Source of the DNA: a virus
Lineage: Duplodnaviria > Caudoviricetes
DNA length: 55,923 bases
Reading direction: 5' to 3' (one strand)
IMG/VR virus record: IMGVR_UViG_3300035050_000030
Location: 1 to 55,923 of that record
Shown: positions 55,369 to 55,923 of the stretch, one piece after another
Layout of the letters: each line of letters opens with the position of its first letter
Numbering within the stretch: position 1 is the stretch's first letter
Made by a program: the position numbers and the translations under genes
Notes under the pieces: generated by a model
Database searches by the model: none
What the model saw: only the letters and a program-made list of their open reading frames with translations
Told to the model about the DNA's origin: nothing

Positions 55369-55923
55369 CTACATCATAAGGTCTTCAAAAAACACCGGCC
55401 ATAGATTCGCAAACTTTGTTCTCATTGGGACCATGATCCCGCGCATTTCTGGATGAGCAGCATTGGCACAGCGGAGGGTGAAAATGTGCCTCCACTCCCT
55501 AATATTGGCGGTGATAACGATCTCCGTCTTGGTGGCGTTGGGGAGAACTGCACGGGCGTTTTGGGGGGCTACGCCCATCTCCAAGAGATCCTGATAGTAT
55601 CTTTCGGCATCTCTAATTGCAGAGCATGCGGTATGTTTTGACAGCCTGATTTTCTCCAAATCTCTTGTCCCGGCTGATCCATCAAGCCAGTACGGTCTGA
55701 TAAACTCCACATCGCCCTTGTACGCGCAGTACCGCTGTGACTCCTGAGAGAAAGCGCAGAGCCTGTGCCGGACCAATTCATGCGACACGCCACGATCGCA
55801 GATGATCCGTACCGTGATTGAACAATGTTCCAGGATACTGTGGTGCCCACGATTGATGCATACCCGGATCAACTTCTCTGCGCTCCCGTCCTTGATCTTC
55901 CCCTCGGACTGGTAACAGGTCCG
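55369..55923 (-). CDS. thyX: FAD-dependent thymidylate synthase (5' truncated by window edge)
   Basis: GHHSILEH, SHELVRHR...SQESQRY, ARAVLP and NIREWRH motifs; frame open to the edge. Confidence 0.95.
   Translation of the reverse strand, partial: RTCYQSEGKIKDGSAEKLIRVCINRGHHSILEHCSITVRIICDRGVSHELVRHRLCAFSQESQRYCAYKGDVEFIRPYWLDGSAGTRDLEKIRLSKHTACSAIRDAERYYQDLLEMGVAPQNARAVLPNATKTEIVITANIREWRHIFTLRCANAAHPEMRGIMVPMRTKFANLWPVFFEDLMM

Noticed and set aside
1-55923. CRISPR array, or a second VR or third TR copy
   Set aside because: None seen by eye and the other repeats are coding; a computational self-alignment is still needed to exclude them

Overview
The window is almost entirely temperate-phage DNA. 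A podovirus-like virion module runs from 2686 to 33112: terminase, portal, N4-gp56-type capsid, tail and fibres, ejection proteins and a 3301-aa polyvalent protein. It is followed by lysis and accessory genes with a tRNA-Tyr, a repressor/cro switch, and a recombination, replication and methylation module (36834-52882). Two IS200/IS605 tnpB elements are present, one cut by the left edge. A tRNA-Ala(CGC) 3' fragment at 54724-54768 looks like an att junction, followed by xis-like and thyX genes. The main finding is a diversity-generating retroelement (DGR) aimed at a tail-fibre tip. It has no avd, and its template repeat looks mutagenised itself: 9 of 21 TR/VR mismatches fall at non-adenine TR positions. 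Other highlights are a 46-aa stand-alone NrdD-type glycyl-radical protein below the ORF-track cutoff, a Tad2/DUF2829 anti-defence protein, two promoter-sRNA-terminator units with anti-Shine-Dalgarno motifs, and a poly-G frameshifted methyltransferase. All family calls are from motif recognition by eye; no database searches were run. An anaerobic, possibly Desulfuromonadales-like host is an inference only.
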